Part shown: positions 26,261 to 40,268 of the stretch, one piece after another
Position numbering within the stretch: the first letter of the stretch is position 1
Layout: every line of letters starts with the position of its first letter
NCBI RefSeq assembly: GCF_006345805.1
Contig: NC_043002.1
Span: 34,162,001 to 34,226,000, forward strand
Source: Octopus sinensis
Lineage: Eukaryota
Direction of reading: 5' to 3'
DNA: 64,000 bases
Program-made: the position numbers and the translations under genes
The notes under the pieces: model-generated
The model's database searches: none
What the model was told of the DNA's origin: nothing
The model's input: the letters and a program-made list of their open reading frames with translations, nothing else

Positions 26261-27229
26261 ACCCCACCTACACACACTGCATTCGGTATCTCATTATCTA
26301 AGACATTGTAAGTCTGATCTCGCAGAATTGCTACCATGCTGAACAAAATGCTTAGCGGCAATCCGTCTTATCTTTACCTTCTGAGTTTAAATTCTGCCGA
26401 GGTCGACTTTGCCTTTTATCCTTTTGGGGTCGATAAAATAAGTACCAGTTAAGCACTGGGGTCGATGTAATCAACTGGCTCGTTCCCCAAAGATACCAGG
26501 CCTTGTGCCTACAGTAGAAAGGATTATCTCCATCGTTCTCTATAAAGAGACTGTATTTTTTGAGTCAATGTAGCGCACACTGTTGGTCGATTTCAATTGT
26601 TTTGTTAGGTTTCTTGATGGTACAGTCTATTCTGCACGGCTTCACCAAACTGGTGAACAAGATAGGTACTAGATTACCTTGGTAATGAATCCATGAGGAT
26701 GCTTCAATGTGACTATACGATCTACTAGAAGCAGTAGCTAAATCTCTTGCAACTCACACTCTACCTTTTTAAAAAAGACATGTTTACGACATGAACTTTG
26801 ATCATAATTTTGTCTACTCTGGGTTCCCCAAGTAGTGAAAGCGAGGGTTGAACCAACAAGGATGCCTTTACTTGATCCCAACATTTACTAGAAATAGCAG
26901 CGAAATTGCCCTCAAAGTACACCCTACTAGCTTAAAGATAAACACCAGAAACTGAAGGATAGATTTAATTATGTAACCCTAAATACAACCCGTCTAAAAA
27001 AAAAACAGAATGAGCATAAATGAGGTACCTTTGGGCATGTTTGCTCAGCTGAAACTCAACCATAGCAACAACAACAACAACAACGACAACAACATGAGTT
27101 TTGTGTAGTTGTTCTATAGTGAGGGTGAGGGACAATATTGTTTCTAAAGATGTAAGTCCATTATGGAATGATTCTTTTAAGGGATAATATTTTCGCAGCA
27201 TCCGCTCAGAGTAGCAGTGTAGATCTATC

Positions 27230-27420
27230 ATAGAGATAGCTATATTTTGTATGGGTGACGTATTTTGACAAAAGGTTAAGAGAGTAAAGAAGGCCGGTAT
27301 TGTCTGTATATGAGTATGAGTAGTTTAAGAAGAAAGAATACAGGTGACATAGTCGAACCTTGTGGCACACCAGAGTTTACAGAGTCGAAAAAGAAACTGG
27401 TCGCCATGCTGAGCAGAAGT
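27230..27420 (-). mobile_element. Degraded LINE RT fragment
   Basis: SVNSGVPQGSTMSPVFF motif. Confidence 0.55.
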
Positions 27421-27905
27421 ATTTGTAGTTATTATTGTTATTTAGTTCTAAGTTAGTCTTGACTGAGTAGAGCTAGGATTGGAAGTATCCCAACGGTGAC
27501 CACCCTGTCGTTTTTTCTGGTCAATGATTAATCAAAGTTATCATGCTGGCTATATTGAGCATATCAACATCATCTTCTCTATATTTTTCACTGTGTCCTT
27601 CCTCTATCTAAAACCAGTAGTGTGATTTGAGGGAAATATAGCTTTTACCTCTAAAAGTTCGGATGATTATGTAAAGTTATCATGATAGATGATTGTACAC
27701 ATGTGGCCTATATGCACATGTGGCCTATATGCACATGTGGCCTATATGCACATGGGGAGCCTACGGTCGAAATGTGGAAGTGTGGAGGCGCTTTGTGTGA
27801 GTAGGAAGCTAAGTAATAAGGAGTTTTGCTAGATGTAACCGAAACTGGAGTAAACAAAACCCAAAACAAACACATACATACTACATACACGCATGCTCGC
27901 TCGCA

Positions 27906-27998
<93 letters not shown>

Positions 27999-28020
27999 AT
28001 ATATATATATATATATATAT

Positions 28021-28086
28021 ATAAATCCTTAAATCCATAAAAGTGTTTTAGCCCGAAGGCCACGGTCATGCTGGGGCACCACCGCT
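28021..28086 (-). mobile_element. Short 3'-terminal fragment of the CR1 family seen at 53188
   Basis: GGCCTTCGGGCTAAAACA.TTTTA.GGATTTAAGGATT is shared with the CR1 tail. Confidence 0.7.
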
Positions 28087-28113
28087 GTATAATATATAAT
28101 ATAATATAATATA

Positions 28114-28610
28114 ATATGTGGTAATTATTCGGTTGCCATAATGAAACTCAGAGTGTCGGATGTCGAGGCGGAAGTCTGCTCCGGCATCTCATCACTTATT
28201 AAGACAAACAAAAATGCTATGAAAATGACCGTTAAATAAAGGGAAATTACATGAATAGGGAGAAAGTAAAAATACTCGAAGAAGGTAAACCCACGCTCAT
28301 AGAATCTGCGTATGCGCGCATGTACATACATACATACACATAACGGTCATTCTCATAGTTCTTTTGTTTGTCTTAATAACGGTCATCTTCATAGCAATCT
28401 CCCTTTATTTAACGGTCATTTTCATAGCATTTTTGTTTGTCTTAATAACTTACGAGATGCCGGAGCAGACTTCCACCTCCGATATCCGAAACTCTGAGTT
28501 TATTTTAAGGCAACCGACTAATTGTTACATATTATATTACAGATAAATTCTTCTATTTACATAATATCGAGGTCTCGTTCATTCTTTTGTTGTCATATTA
28601 TTATTATTAA
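28114..28610. mobile_element. Penelope-derived fold-back element with two degenerate hammerheads
   Basis: Inverted arms at about 28114-28244 / 28400-28532, each carrying a hammerhead relic (28139-28202 minus, 28443-28505 plus). Confidence 0.7.
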
Positions 28611-29171
28611 TATATATATACATATTGTTGTGTGTGGGGAGAGTCATTCTCTTTTTGTGCCTTGTCATTTAACACATTCATCGGTCTGATTTCCACTCAT
28701 TTACTTTATCTTTTCTAAAATTTCCGTTGCGTTTTGCAACCTTTTCAATAGTCGTTGACTCTGTCCATTATCCGAGCTACGTTCATTTTGTTTGCTTGTG
28801 CGCATGTATGTGGTTCAGTGTGCGTGCACATACACATATGTATGTATGTATGCATGGATGGATGGATGGATGCATGCATGCATGCATGTGTGTGTATACA
28901 TGTATGTGTGTGTATATGTATGCACATATATATATATATGTATATATGTGTATACGTTTGTATGTATGTGGGTATGTGTGCTTGTCTGTTCATATTACCT
29001 ATCTACCTAGCTTTCTCTATGTCTGTCTGTTTACATTCATATCCATTTACCTATTTATCTTAACTGAACAAAATATGCTTCAACACACGAACTCACATAA
29101 AGAATCTAGCAAACCAAATCCAGAAACGAAATATATGTATATGTGTGTGCTTGTGTGTGTGTGTGTGTGTG

Positions 29172-29204
<33 letters not shown>

Positions 29205-29802
29205 CGTGCGTGTGTGTGTGTGTGTGTGTGTTTATAAACAGATAAAAAACACAAATACTTGCATTCAACACACTAATGCCGTTGTGGAGATGAAAAGTTA
29301 GCGAAATACAAGTTGCTCCAAAAGACAGTTATATATTATGCATACCCACAAATTAGGAATTCATGTATACTTTCATATATATATATATATATATATATAG
29401 TTACATTAAGACCCACCGATGCCCTTAAAAGATTTTGGTGCCCCAGTGAAAGATTATGTCATTCAGTATATAAAACTTTTTAATTTTTCAAAACGAAACA
29501 AAACAGGAAGAGGTAAAAATAATGTTTATTTTTGAGTACTTCCACTTTTTTGATATTAGAAAAGTTACCTCCTACTTTTTTGAATTGTTAAGTCTTTGAT
29601 CGCATCCTCAAAATCAATCTTAGGTAACACATTAGCACCTATACTTAGAAGAGATAAGGCATTCCGAATATTGTTTTAGCAAGTTTAGAGTGATGTCTTT
29701 TGTGCCGTAAACCATTTACTATTTCTGTAGTGCCCCTTGCTTCCCTTGATGCCTTACGTAGTGCTAATTTGGTTTAATGGTGTATATATATATATATATA
29801 TT

Positions 29803-29834
<32 letters not shown>

Positions 29835-29900
29835 ATATATATATATATATATAAGTATATGAAAGAATGGAGTTGAACGACTAGTTAACAAATATTCTTT

Positions 29901-29985
29901 ATTCTCGACATATGTTTCGAAGGCTGCATATTCCTAATTCCAAAGGAATAAGGAGTACATTATGCAGATTTCTCATCAGTAAAAT
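29901..29985 (-). ncRNA. Second copy of the same hammerhead on the opposite strand
   Basis: Reverse complement of the 30073 motif with intact core and GUC site; an A.G mismatch at the first helix I pair. Confidence 0.75.
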
Positions 29986-30072
29986 CAAGGAACTTATGTC
30001 GACATCATGGGCTCCTTGAGAGCGGTCAGCTAAAAGTTTTTTGTGCATTTTGATGTCGATATAAGTTCCTTG

Positions 30073-30157
30073 ATTTTCCTGATGAGAAATCTGCATAATG
30101 TACTCCTTATTCCTTCGGAATTAGGAATATGCAGCCTTCGAAACATATGTCGAGAAT
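30073..30157 (+). ncRNA. Canonical minimal type I hammerhead ribozyme
   Basis: Helix I ATTTTC/GAGAAT; CUGAUGA (30079); G10.1-C11.1; long helix II (GAA/TTC, CTGCATA/TATGCAG, TCCT/AGGA, TTCC/GGAA); GAAA; palindromic helix III ACATATGT; GUC cleavage after 30151. Confidence 0.85.
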
Positions 30158-30361
30158 AAAGGATATTTGTTAACTAGTCGTTCAACTCCATTCTTTCATA
30201 TACTTATAATTTTAAAGTAAACATACAAATTTCCGCACGAAGACACGTAGTCTATGCCTTAGGGACGTATCTTCAACCGTGTTATTTCTGATGTGAATTT
30301 GCTACCCAGGTATCGGTTATCTTACGAATTATCCTTAATAAAATAATTCATTCAATTACTC

Positions 30362-30393
<32 letters not shown>

Positions 30394-30480
30394 AAGAGAG
30401 AGAGAGAAAGAGAGAGAGAGAAAGAGAGAGAGAGATATCAGATTAGATAGATATACATATTCATATACATACATGCATAC

Positions 30481-30523
<43 letters not shown>

Positions 30524-30992
30524 CATACACAGACACATACTTATATATATATGTGTGTGTACACACGCACACACACACACACAAATATCCTCCCCTATAT
30601 ACTTTCATATCAATTTCAATGAATCATTAACTCCGCCTACAAACAAACATATATACATATATACACGCCCCCACATACCCCACATACTATAAAAATGCAT
30701 ACATACATTCAAACATACATACATACATACATACATACATACATACATACATACATAAGCCTCTACACTCCATATGCACACAGGATTTCTCCCTCTCACA
30801 TCTCATACTGCTTCTCTCTCACACTCCCTCTTCCACTCTCATACACACCTTTCCCCCTCCTACTCACTCTCCCTTTTGCAAACACATTTTACTCCTCCTC
30901 CCTATCACTCACACGTAATTACTCCAGTAGCTGTGTCATTCTATTCTAAATATTACAATTTAAGCCACGTGTTAGTACGACGTCCATTGCTG

Positions 30993-31025
<33 letters not shown>

Positions 31026-31120
31026 AGCATATGTACGTTATGTGTGCGCATATCTGACTGTATGCGTGTGAATGTGTATGCATGTGTAACTCTCTCTCTC
31101 TCTCTCTCGGAGTGCGTGCA

Positions 31121-31153
<33 letters not shown>

Positions 31154-31994
31154 GTGTGTGTGTGTGTGTGCGTGTGTGTGCATGTGTGTGTGCGTGTGTG
31201 TGTGTGTGTGTGTAATCTATTGTAGTGGAACGATACAAACATGAGAACAGCTGTTATGAGCGTTTGCCATTAAGAAGCTTATGGTTGTTGTTATTGTTCA
31301 TTATTACCATTTTATAAATAATATATAGACCATTCTATTTAGACAATGTGTACATAAACAAACATACGTGACTTCAAATACGGAAATAGGCTAACTCTTA
31401 GTGTATATAAATAGGATACGCATTTACACACATATGTACAAAAAGGTTATATATAGCACTAAGTATGTCCTAACATACAGTAGTTAGCCAAAAATAGTTA
31501 ATTAATTAACTCTCCTTATCAGCTTGATTTTATGGTTTTAGTTAGAAGGGGCAGGGGATATAACAAGGGAATTTGAATTAATTAAAAATGTTTCGATAAA
31601 CAATAGAATTGTGAGATAAACCTGGTTTTTGTGAGGGCAATTGCGGTCATATTTCAGGGTTATTAAGCCTCATCAACCAAATAATTTTACCAGCCTTTGT
31701 TAGTACACAGGTAGCTGAGAGATATATTGGGGAGGGAATACTCAGGAAAGCTAATTGTTAAATGGATTTATATTTGATGTTGTTTTAAATATAATTTCTT
31801 TTCTCTCTTTATTGCTGTCATGTCTTCATGTCCCTCCCCCACGTCCCTTCATTTCATATATTTCATGTATGTTGTATTATTATATATACGGAGGTTTGTA
31901 CCTACGTATACAAGAATGTATGTATTCATACAATCCGGAGGATATATATGTATACATACATATATATATTATATATATATTATATATATAATAT

Positions 31995-32169
31995 ATATAG
32001 ATATATATATATATACCGGAGACCCCCTTCGGTCACGACACAGACCATGGGATTGCACCTAGAAAGTTACCCTCCTAGACACAGTCCGGGCGAGGTTGTT
32101 TATGGAAGACCAGCAGTCGCCATGCATACCAGCCTCCCCTCTCCACGCCTCCAGTGTTATCCAAGGGAA
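31995..32169 (+). mobile_element. RTE-associated repeat 5' segment, cut by the gap
   Basis: CCCCTTCGGTCA...GACCATGGGATTGCACCTAGAAAGTTACCCTCC...; recognised from recall as a common cephalopod RTE-type leader. Confidence 0.45.
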
Positions 32170-32269
32170 NNNNNNNNNNNNNNNNNNNNNNNNNNNNNNN
32201 NNNNNNNNNNNNNNNNNNNNNNNNNNNNNNNNNNNNNNNNNNNNNNNNNNNNNNNNNNNNNNNNNNNNN
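32170..32269. other. Assembly gap (100 N)
   Basis: Run of N. Confidence 1.
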
Positions 32270-32479
32270 TATGTATTATGTATGTTTGTACGTATGTATG
32301 TAGTGGGCGGGGATATAAAATATAAGTGAGTCTATGGCGAGAGTAGTTAATGTTATATATGCTGAAAAACAACAAACAATGATTAAAATAAAGTCTTAAT
32401 ACAAGTGAAGAATTTAATAATGGTTATTTCAATGCTGCTTCGATGTTTGGTTGGATATATGTTATAAGCAAACTGATAT

Positions 32480-33110
32480 GATATTATGCACATTTATTTA
32501 TTTATTTATTTACTTTTGTCATTTGCTGAGGCAACAGGAAGGGGCATTGCTCGTGTCAGTGCTTATTTTAAACTGTTGCAAGCGAGACATGGGCAGAGAG
32601 AAGATTCCAATGGGCCGATGTTCCGAGGAGAGTGGTCTGGGGATTGTTGCTTGAACGGGGACAAGGTGGGTGAGAAATGGACATAACAGAAATGACTGAA
32701 TGAGAGTTACATCAATGGAAGCGGTATAAAATAAGCCTAATTCTTGGAATAAAATCTATCATAGAACGAAGAGAAAAGCAAGATGCCTTTAGGCAGAAGA
32801 GAGGTGTGATTCTGGTTCTGATGGAATGCCGTTCAGTCGAGTGACCGTCCACTGTATGTCCTAAATTACTTCTGGTCTTAAAGATGTGTTCTACACTTTG
32901 AGATGCGGTCCTAGTTATGTTAAAGATGAACTTTGTCTAACAGAGATCCTTGGTGGTAATAGTAAGTTCCAGGACTTGGGTCAGCTGTTAGTGAGGAGTC
33001 TGGTTTGGAGGTGGTTTCTTGATTCGAGTTGTGCTTGAAACATTTTACCGCTAAACGAAACGAAGCTGACACTGCAACATTGGAGGACGCTTTTAAGGTC
33101 TACGCTTACT
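32480..33110 (-). mobile_element. Degraded CR1/L2-group LINE 3' fragment
   Basis: RTSAHWNLLSAHVSLAT resembles the SFFxRTxxxWNxLP C-terminal motif; a related fragment lies at about 35880-36170 (+). Confidence 0.5.
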
Positions 33111-33119
33111 GAATCGATG

Positions 33120-33166
33120 CAGGTTGTATGTATGTATGCATGTATGTATGCATGCATGTATGTATG

Positions 33167-33197
<31 letters not shown>

Positions 33198-33560
33198 ATA
33201 TGTATGTATGTATGTATGTATGGATGGATGTATGGATGGATGGATGCATGCATGCATGCATGCATGCATGCATGCATGTATGTATGCAAGCATGTATGTA
33301 TATATGCATGTATGTATGTATGAATGTATGTATGTATGGATGGATGGATGCATGCATGCATGCATGTATATATGTATGCAAGCATGTATGTATGTATATA
33401 TGCATGTATGTGTGTATGCATGTATGTATGCATGTATGTATGTATGGATGGATGGATGCATGCATGGATGCATGCATGCATGCATGTATATATGTATGCA
33501 AGCATGTATGTATGTATATATGCATGTATGTTTGTCTGCATGTATGTTTATATATATATA
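33120..33560. repeat. Compound (TATG)/(TGCA)/(TGGA) microsatellite with higher-order duplication
   Basis: Directly visible; generates the spurious ORFs at 32981-33652. Confidence 0.95.
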
Positions 33561-33760
33561 GTCACCATGATAGATCGTTAGCTACTACACACATTTTTTC
33601 TCTCCTTGTTTCTGTCCTTGTTTTTTCTGTCCCTTTCTGTAGAAGAGCGTAGGCTCGAAATGTAAAAGACTTTTTTCTATTCCTGAGCGTTATACTAATA
33701 CATCTGTTTGTTTTGTACACCACCTGTCTTCGTCTTTTGTTTTTTTTTCGTAAACTCTCC

Positions 33761-33805
<45 letters not shown>

Positions 33806-35292
33806 TATGAAAATGTTTTATTTTCTCTCTGTACCTCCTTCCACTTGTACAGTGTATATACATGAGTTCAAATGGTTGCAAACAGGGATTCAAACGGCTT
33901 ACACAATTTGATCAGTCAAATCTCTCCCTACCATTTACTATATACGTTCACCGTATAAAGAACGTTGGACGGTTGTATTGGAAGAAAATATTGAGAAAAT
34001 TTCAATAAACAAATAGATAAATACTTATTTCCTAAAAAATTTCACTAGAAACTAATCTAATTAGTCATTTCGTGAGCCAAACCCATTCTTTATTTACTCA
34101 GGTTTATTCAAATTGAAGTGGGTTTTTTAAAAATATAATCATGGCACGGGTGAATTTGTTTGCAAAATGAAAACAAGAGTAAAAAGCAGGACTAAACTAA
34201 ACTATATTAGGATATATTGATTTCAAATTTTGGCCCAATGACAGCAATTTTGGAGGAGGCAATAAGTCGATTATGTCGATATTAGGGCATATTACCATAT
34301 GTTATTAATGAGCAACCCAGGTCGAAATTTTGAATATAGCTTTAGAAATAGGTATAACAAACATACGAAAGCGTCCAGTTAACCTTTATTGCAGTAAATA
34401 AACCGAATATAACCGTCCTCATTTGAGGACAGTGAGTCAAAATGGATTACACAGAATTTAAATAACTTAATGTTTCAGATTTACCTGTATTTACCAGAGG
34501 CTGTGAAATATTGACTGCCAAATCACACAATATAATTCTTACTCTGCAGCTAACCAATATTGAATTCTCGATATGTCAGATATAGCAGTACTAAATACAA
34601 CCTGCTATCATTTCGGTCTACCTACACACATACACAAACACACACACACACACACACCACACACACACATGGCGAATTATCTACTACAACTATCAACGAA
34701 AATACACCATTACTGACTTACCAATTCTAGAAACTGTTCTTTACAGACCATCTCAATCTACCCAATTCTAGTGACTTGTGAATATTAACTTCTGACAAAT
34801 AGCACCAAATCAAATCTCAGCATCGATATCCATGTTTAACATTCTCCGGAATTCTCTGTAGACTGTCTGCCACTAGTTGCAAAAGCCGTCAACAGCCACA
34901 TCCTCATACAGGCAGGAACCCGTGTGACGCCCACTGGTTTTCGCTTATCAATTCTCTTTTGCCTCTTACGTGATATTTACTTCGAAGTAGTATATACGAG
35001 CAGCAATAACTATATAAATGAATAAAATAAAATACGATCTATTTCCATCGCTATTTGTTTCTATTTAACTCTGTATCCGTTCGGCTGTCTATATCCCTCT
35101 CGCAGACTCCCTCCACCCCCTCTCTGTCTCTTTGCCATGTATATGCATGTGTGTGTGCGTATGTGTGTGTGTGTGCACCTGCATATCCACACACACACAC
35201 ACACACACATATATATCGAGAGAGAGAGAGAGAGAGAGAGAGAAAGGTAGATAGAAAGACAGAGAGAGAGAGAGAGGAAGCGAGATAGAAAG

Positions 35293-35335
<43 letters not shown>

Positions 35336-35706
35336 TGGATATAGGATAAAGAGATGTAGATATATGCAGACATATAGAGAGAAATATTCAAAAAGAAATA
35401 CAATAAAGTGATCAGACTTCTCTTGTGGAATTCTTTATACAATTCAAAATAATACAGAAATACATTAAAAAAAGTAATACATCCATTCCGTTTTATTTAT
35501 TCAGTACCACGTCTTAAATTGTAATTTTTCATTTTCTTTTTGTTTTGTTTTTATAGGATATGAAATATAGGATATGATGTTTGCGTGTGTGGTGTGTGTG
35601 TATCTCTGTGCGTGTACATAACCAATAAAAATACATATAATGCGTTATTATGTTATTTGATTATGCACATACGTGCGTATCTATCACACACACACACACA
35701 CACACT

Positions 35707-35745
<39 letters not shown>

Positions 35746-36682
35746 ATCTCTCTTTATACACACAGACACACATTTATAGATAGATAGATGGATAGATATA
35801 GATAGATGGATAGATAGATAGATAAATAGACAGACAGACAGAAATACACGCTCAAACGCGCGCACACACAGAGACACATGCACGCATCATATTTAACGAT
35901 TTATAGGTCACATATCGCTACTACAATGACCTCTGTTCCTCAGAACTGATTGCTACCTCCACCACTAGGGTATCCTCAGCCCACTCAGTTTTGGCCTTTT
36001 TCTTGATGCGTCCAACCCCAACGCCTCACAGTTACTACAATGTCCATTCATTCCTCCACAGAATATCATCCCTCCGGACTCTTCACCCTGCTCATGATTT
36101 ACCTCCATGTGTTGACCTGTAAGAGCTTAAACGGAACATTAAAGCCATCAGACCTCACCAGTCTCAGACGACCTATAAATGTCTTAAGCAATGCCTTTTC
36201 CTCCAGACTCAACAAGTACAAACTGAATAAGCACTACAATTTTGACAGCCTTTCGGCCTTTGACCGCCGCCACAACACCGTTTTCTTCGTCTGCCGCAAA
36301 GGCATTTATTTCAAATACGCCAGCTAAGATAATTTAAACTGTCTAAAGTCGTAAGACACCCGCTGTTTTTGTCCTGTTATTACTATTCTTGTTTTTTATT
36401 TTGTTTTTTTTTTTGTATTTATATCCGTGTGGCATCGTCCGTTTTTCTGTCCTTGTTTCGTATACATTCGATCCTTTTTCCAAGAAAACTAATGATCGCA
36501 GCTTGGTTTTTCCTTGGGGCTGGCCGGATCGGAGCGATATCAGGATTAATCAGCCGAAATTGCTAGGATGATCCAGTTCCTGACTGAAGATTAGAGGCTT
36601 CGAATGACCCGTCCGTTTTTTGTGTCGTCTCTTTGTGTGTTTTGCGTTCTTGTCCCATTTTGTATTTCTATATATAATTTTT

Positions 36683-36747
<65 letters not shown>

Positions 36748-38394
36748 ATATATTTATATTATATATAATAATATATATATATGTTGTTGTTCCTTCTCGA
36801 GCCACGCCTGGCTCATAGGGTCGGTTTCCCGGTTTCCTTGGCGTATAGGTTCCCCACCTGGACAAACAAACGAATAAAAGAACAAAAATGCGAACGCAAG
36901 GACATGCACAAGAAGTATATTAGCTTAGACGCTCAGTGAGTTTGACGTTTCAAGCATAGCTCTTCGTCGGAAAGGAAAAAGGGAAAAGTCCAAAGCTGGG
37001 AAAGAAATCGCCAACGGCACATGCGTAGTTACAGTGCTAATCCTCTTAAAGCCTCACATTCGTCATCTTCTTCACTGTTTAATCATTTCAAAGCCTGATT
37101 GTATTCAATTCGCAACGAAATCTCATTGGTTCCTACTGAAGAAAATTCACCCTTTGTTACTATATTTCCAACTAAAGTACTTTCCTTATATTTTTTAAAG
37201 ATATTCTAAAAGAACCCTGAATTCCTAAAATAATGCTTCTCTTTTTTATTTACTTGTATCTTGAAGTGTTATTGGTACACAGTTTAACGAGAGCTGTTGT
37301 GTGTTTGTGTGTGTATGTGTGCGTATGTAACACGGTAGTTTTTATCTCGAAACTAATCTATTACTGGTAAATACAAGTAAATCTGAAACATAAAGTTATT
37401 TAAATTCTGTTTAAGTATTAATAACATATAGTAATATATCCCAATATCGATGTAATTGACTTATAAATTCTCCCGAAATTGCTGTCCGTGTGCTAAAATT
37501 TGAAATCAATATAGCCTAATATTGTTTATTTGAGTTCTGAATATTTTATTTTTAAATCAATTTAATTATAATTATATTATTAAACAATCATACACACCTA
37601 TTAATATACACACCTATACAAATAATTTATATATATTGATAAATGCTGATATATTAAATTCTTGCTTTACCAAAACTATCTCCTCTCCTAGAGAACATTC
37701 AGGTTTACCAAATGACAATCAAGTCCAGCTCCAGTTGAGAAAGGAAGTTAATCATAAGATTTAAGATTCTCCAGAATTGACATGCATTTAAAATAGCTTG
37801 ACATGCTTATTGTCTAGAGATAAGAGGACAGCCGAGGACACGTGTTTCTGGCTCCATAGCCGTCTTCATCACAGAAATTGTCCGACAATTAGCTCCAGTT
37901 GCCAAGAGACTTAGATTTACACAAAAAATTTGGTAATTTGCATAATTTATGCAAAAATGAGCTAAGAGAAATTACTCACACTGGCCAGTGGTACGTATTT
38001 GATTAGCAAAGACAAATCGAAATCGTTCAGCTTATAAGAAATAGCAGTTAAATTCCACCCAAATAAACATCTTAGGGTATTTAAAAAATAGAGATATTGA
38101 ATAGTATAAGTCCTGGGTAAATTGGCTGAAATACAAAGACGAAAGCAAAGGACTGGATGGTCATGACTGGATTGTCTTGGACAATACATCGGTTCAACTG
38201 TAGCTGACATGGAACTATAATTACAACTCATTTTGACAAAAATACCCGCATGTATGCGTCCATACATACATGCTTTAACATACTGTTTTTATTTTTAATG
38301 TTTTAGATATCACAGCTAGGCCATACTGGAGCAGACTCACTCACAAATGCACTCATACACACAAATATATATTCTACAAATACATATTCTATTT

Positions 38395-38437
<43 letters not shown>

Positions 38438-38707
38438 TGTGTTTGTGTGTGTCTGTGTATCTGTGAACAAACAAAATGAAAACGTAATCAATACAGATAT
38501 TAGAGTATAGATATTTATTATGATGCTGAGATTTGTTTAAGCAGCAAGCAGCGGAGTAGCGTATATATCTTAACAGAACATTAAGCAATTGCACTCTACT
38601 TCTGTATTGAGTACTCTATCTCTTAATTAGAAATACGAACGTTATATACATATATATATGTATATATGTATGTATATAGATATATATGCATGTTTGTATG
38701 TGTGTAT

Positions 38708-38741
<34 letters not shown>

Positions 38742-39796
38742 GTATGCATGTATGTATATACATGTGTGTGTATGTGTACTCTTATCTTTGTATGTATCTA
38801 TAATGAATGTTTCTATGCTTTTATGTGTATATATGTGTGCATGTGTGTATATCATACTTAAATACGTGTGTGTGTAAAATTCTTAACGCTTACAATCACC
38901 ACTACCACCACCTCCTCTACCACCACCACTACCATCATCATCATCATCGTCATATATTATGTAACAGAAGAAGAAGGAACCAAATTATTAAATACCTGTG
39001 AAAAGGGTCTGATCTAGAATCCGTCAGTTCAAGGCCCGTCAGTGGCAGTGGCCTGGCCACGAACAGCAGCACCGAAACACCTCCAGCAGCAACAGCAACA
39101 ACGGCAATAGTAGCAGCAGCAGAAACAGCGAAAATAGCAGCAATAGAAGCAGCACCAGAGGCAACAACAGCAGCAGTAACATCAACAGACTACCTGTGGA
39201 GACAAGGTTATACATACAATCTCTTTCATCATTGCCGCTATTCACCTCTTAGGTACTACTTGCTTCCCTTTTTCACATGTAATTACTCTTAGAGGTAGGG
39301 GTGGATGTAGTGGGTGGAGGTAGTGGGTGGATATAGTGGGTGGAGGGGCAGTAGTGGTTGAGGTGTTGGTAGAGGTGATGATGGTGGCTGGTTTACGACT
39401 GTAGTTTTGATAATGATGATGATGATTATGATGATGATGAGGAGGAGGAGGAGGAAGAGGAGGAGGAGGATGATGATGTTGATGATGATGGTGGTGGTGG
39501 TGGTAGTGGTATGATGGTGGTGGTGATGGTGGTGGTGGTGGCGGTGATATTGGGAGGTTATGATGGCGGTTGCTTTACTGATGTAGTGATGGTTGCAGGC
39601 GTTGATAATAATGGTACAGGTGTTGGTATTGGTGGTAGTGCCGTTGCTAATGACACTTTAATTGTTTTTAATCTATGGACCTTCCCCAAACTTCTCTTTC
39701 TCTCTCTCACTCTATCTCTCTCTATCTAGCTATCTATCTATCTCTATCTCTCTCTCTATCTAGCTATCTATCTCTCTTCCTCTGTTTCTTTCTCTG

Positions 39797-39832
<36 letters not shown>

Positions 39833-40175
39833 ACTTTTCTCCAACGTCCCCTTTCTCTGTCTCAATCTCTTTCTTTTATATATATACACGCGCGCGCATA
39901 ATTATTAATACATACGTAGATACATACACATATATATGTATATATGTATACATTTATACACAGACACACACATATATGTATACAAACACTCAGTGTAAGC
40001 TACACACACATGAAAGATAGAAGGCTGGATGGATATAAATACATATACATAAGTATATATATCCATATCCATGTATCTGTATATGCAAACACATACACAC
40101 ACACTCACACGCACACCCTCACACACACACACACACACATACACACACACTCACACGCACGCACACACACACACC

Positions 40176-40216
<41 letters not shown>

Positions 40217-40217
40217 C

Positions 40218-40268
<51 letters not shown>

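Larger units (their letters stand above)
29850..30208. repeat. 158-bp inverted repeat with a 43-bp spacer and one hammerhead per arm
   Basis: Arms at 29850-30007 / 30051-30208 with about 4 differences; starts at a (TA)n tract. Confidence 0.9.

Noticed and set aside
29400-29770. Possible MITE with GTGCCCC subterminal words
   Set aside because: I could not define convincing TIRs or a TSD.
36575-36625. CTGAAGA...GAAT motif shared with 42380-42415
   Set aside because: PLE-terminus-like, but both copies lack GAAA and a palindromic helix III, so they were not counted as hammerheads.
39039-39650. Gln/Ser/Asp/Gly-like low-complexity ORFs
   Set aside because: Trinucleotide microsatellites without splice or domain support.
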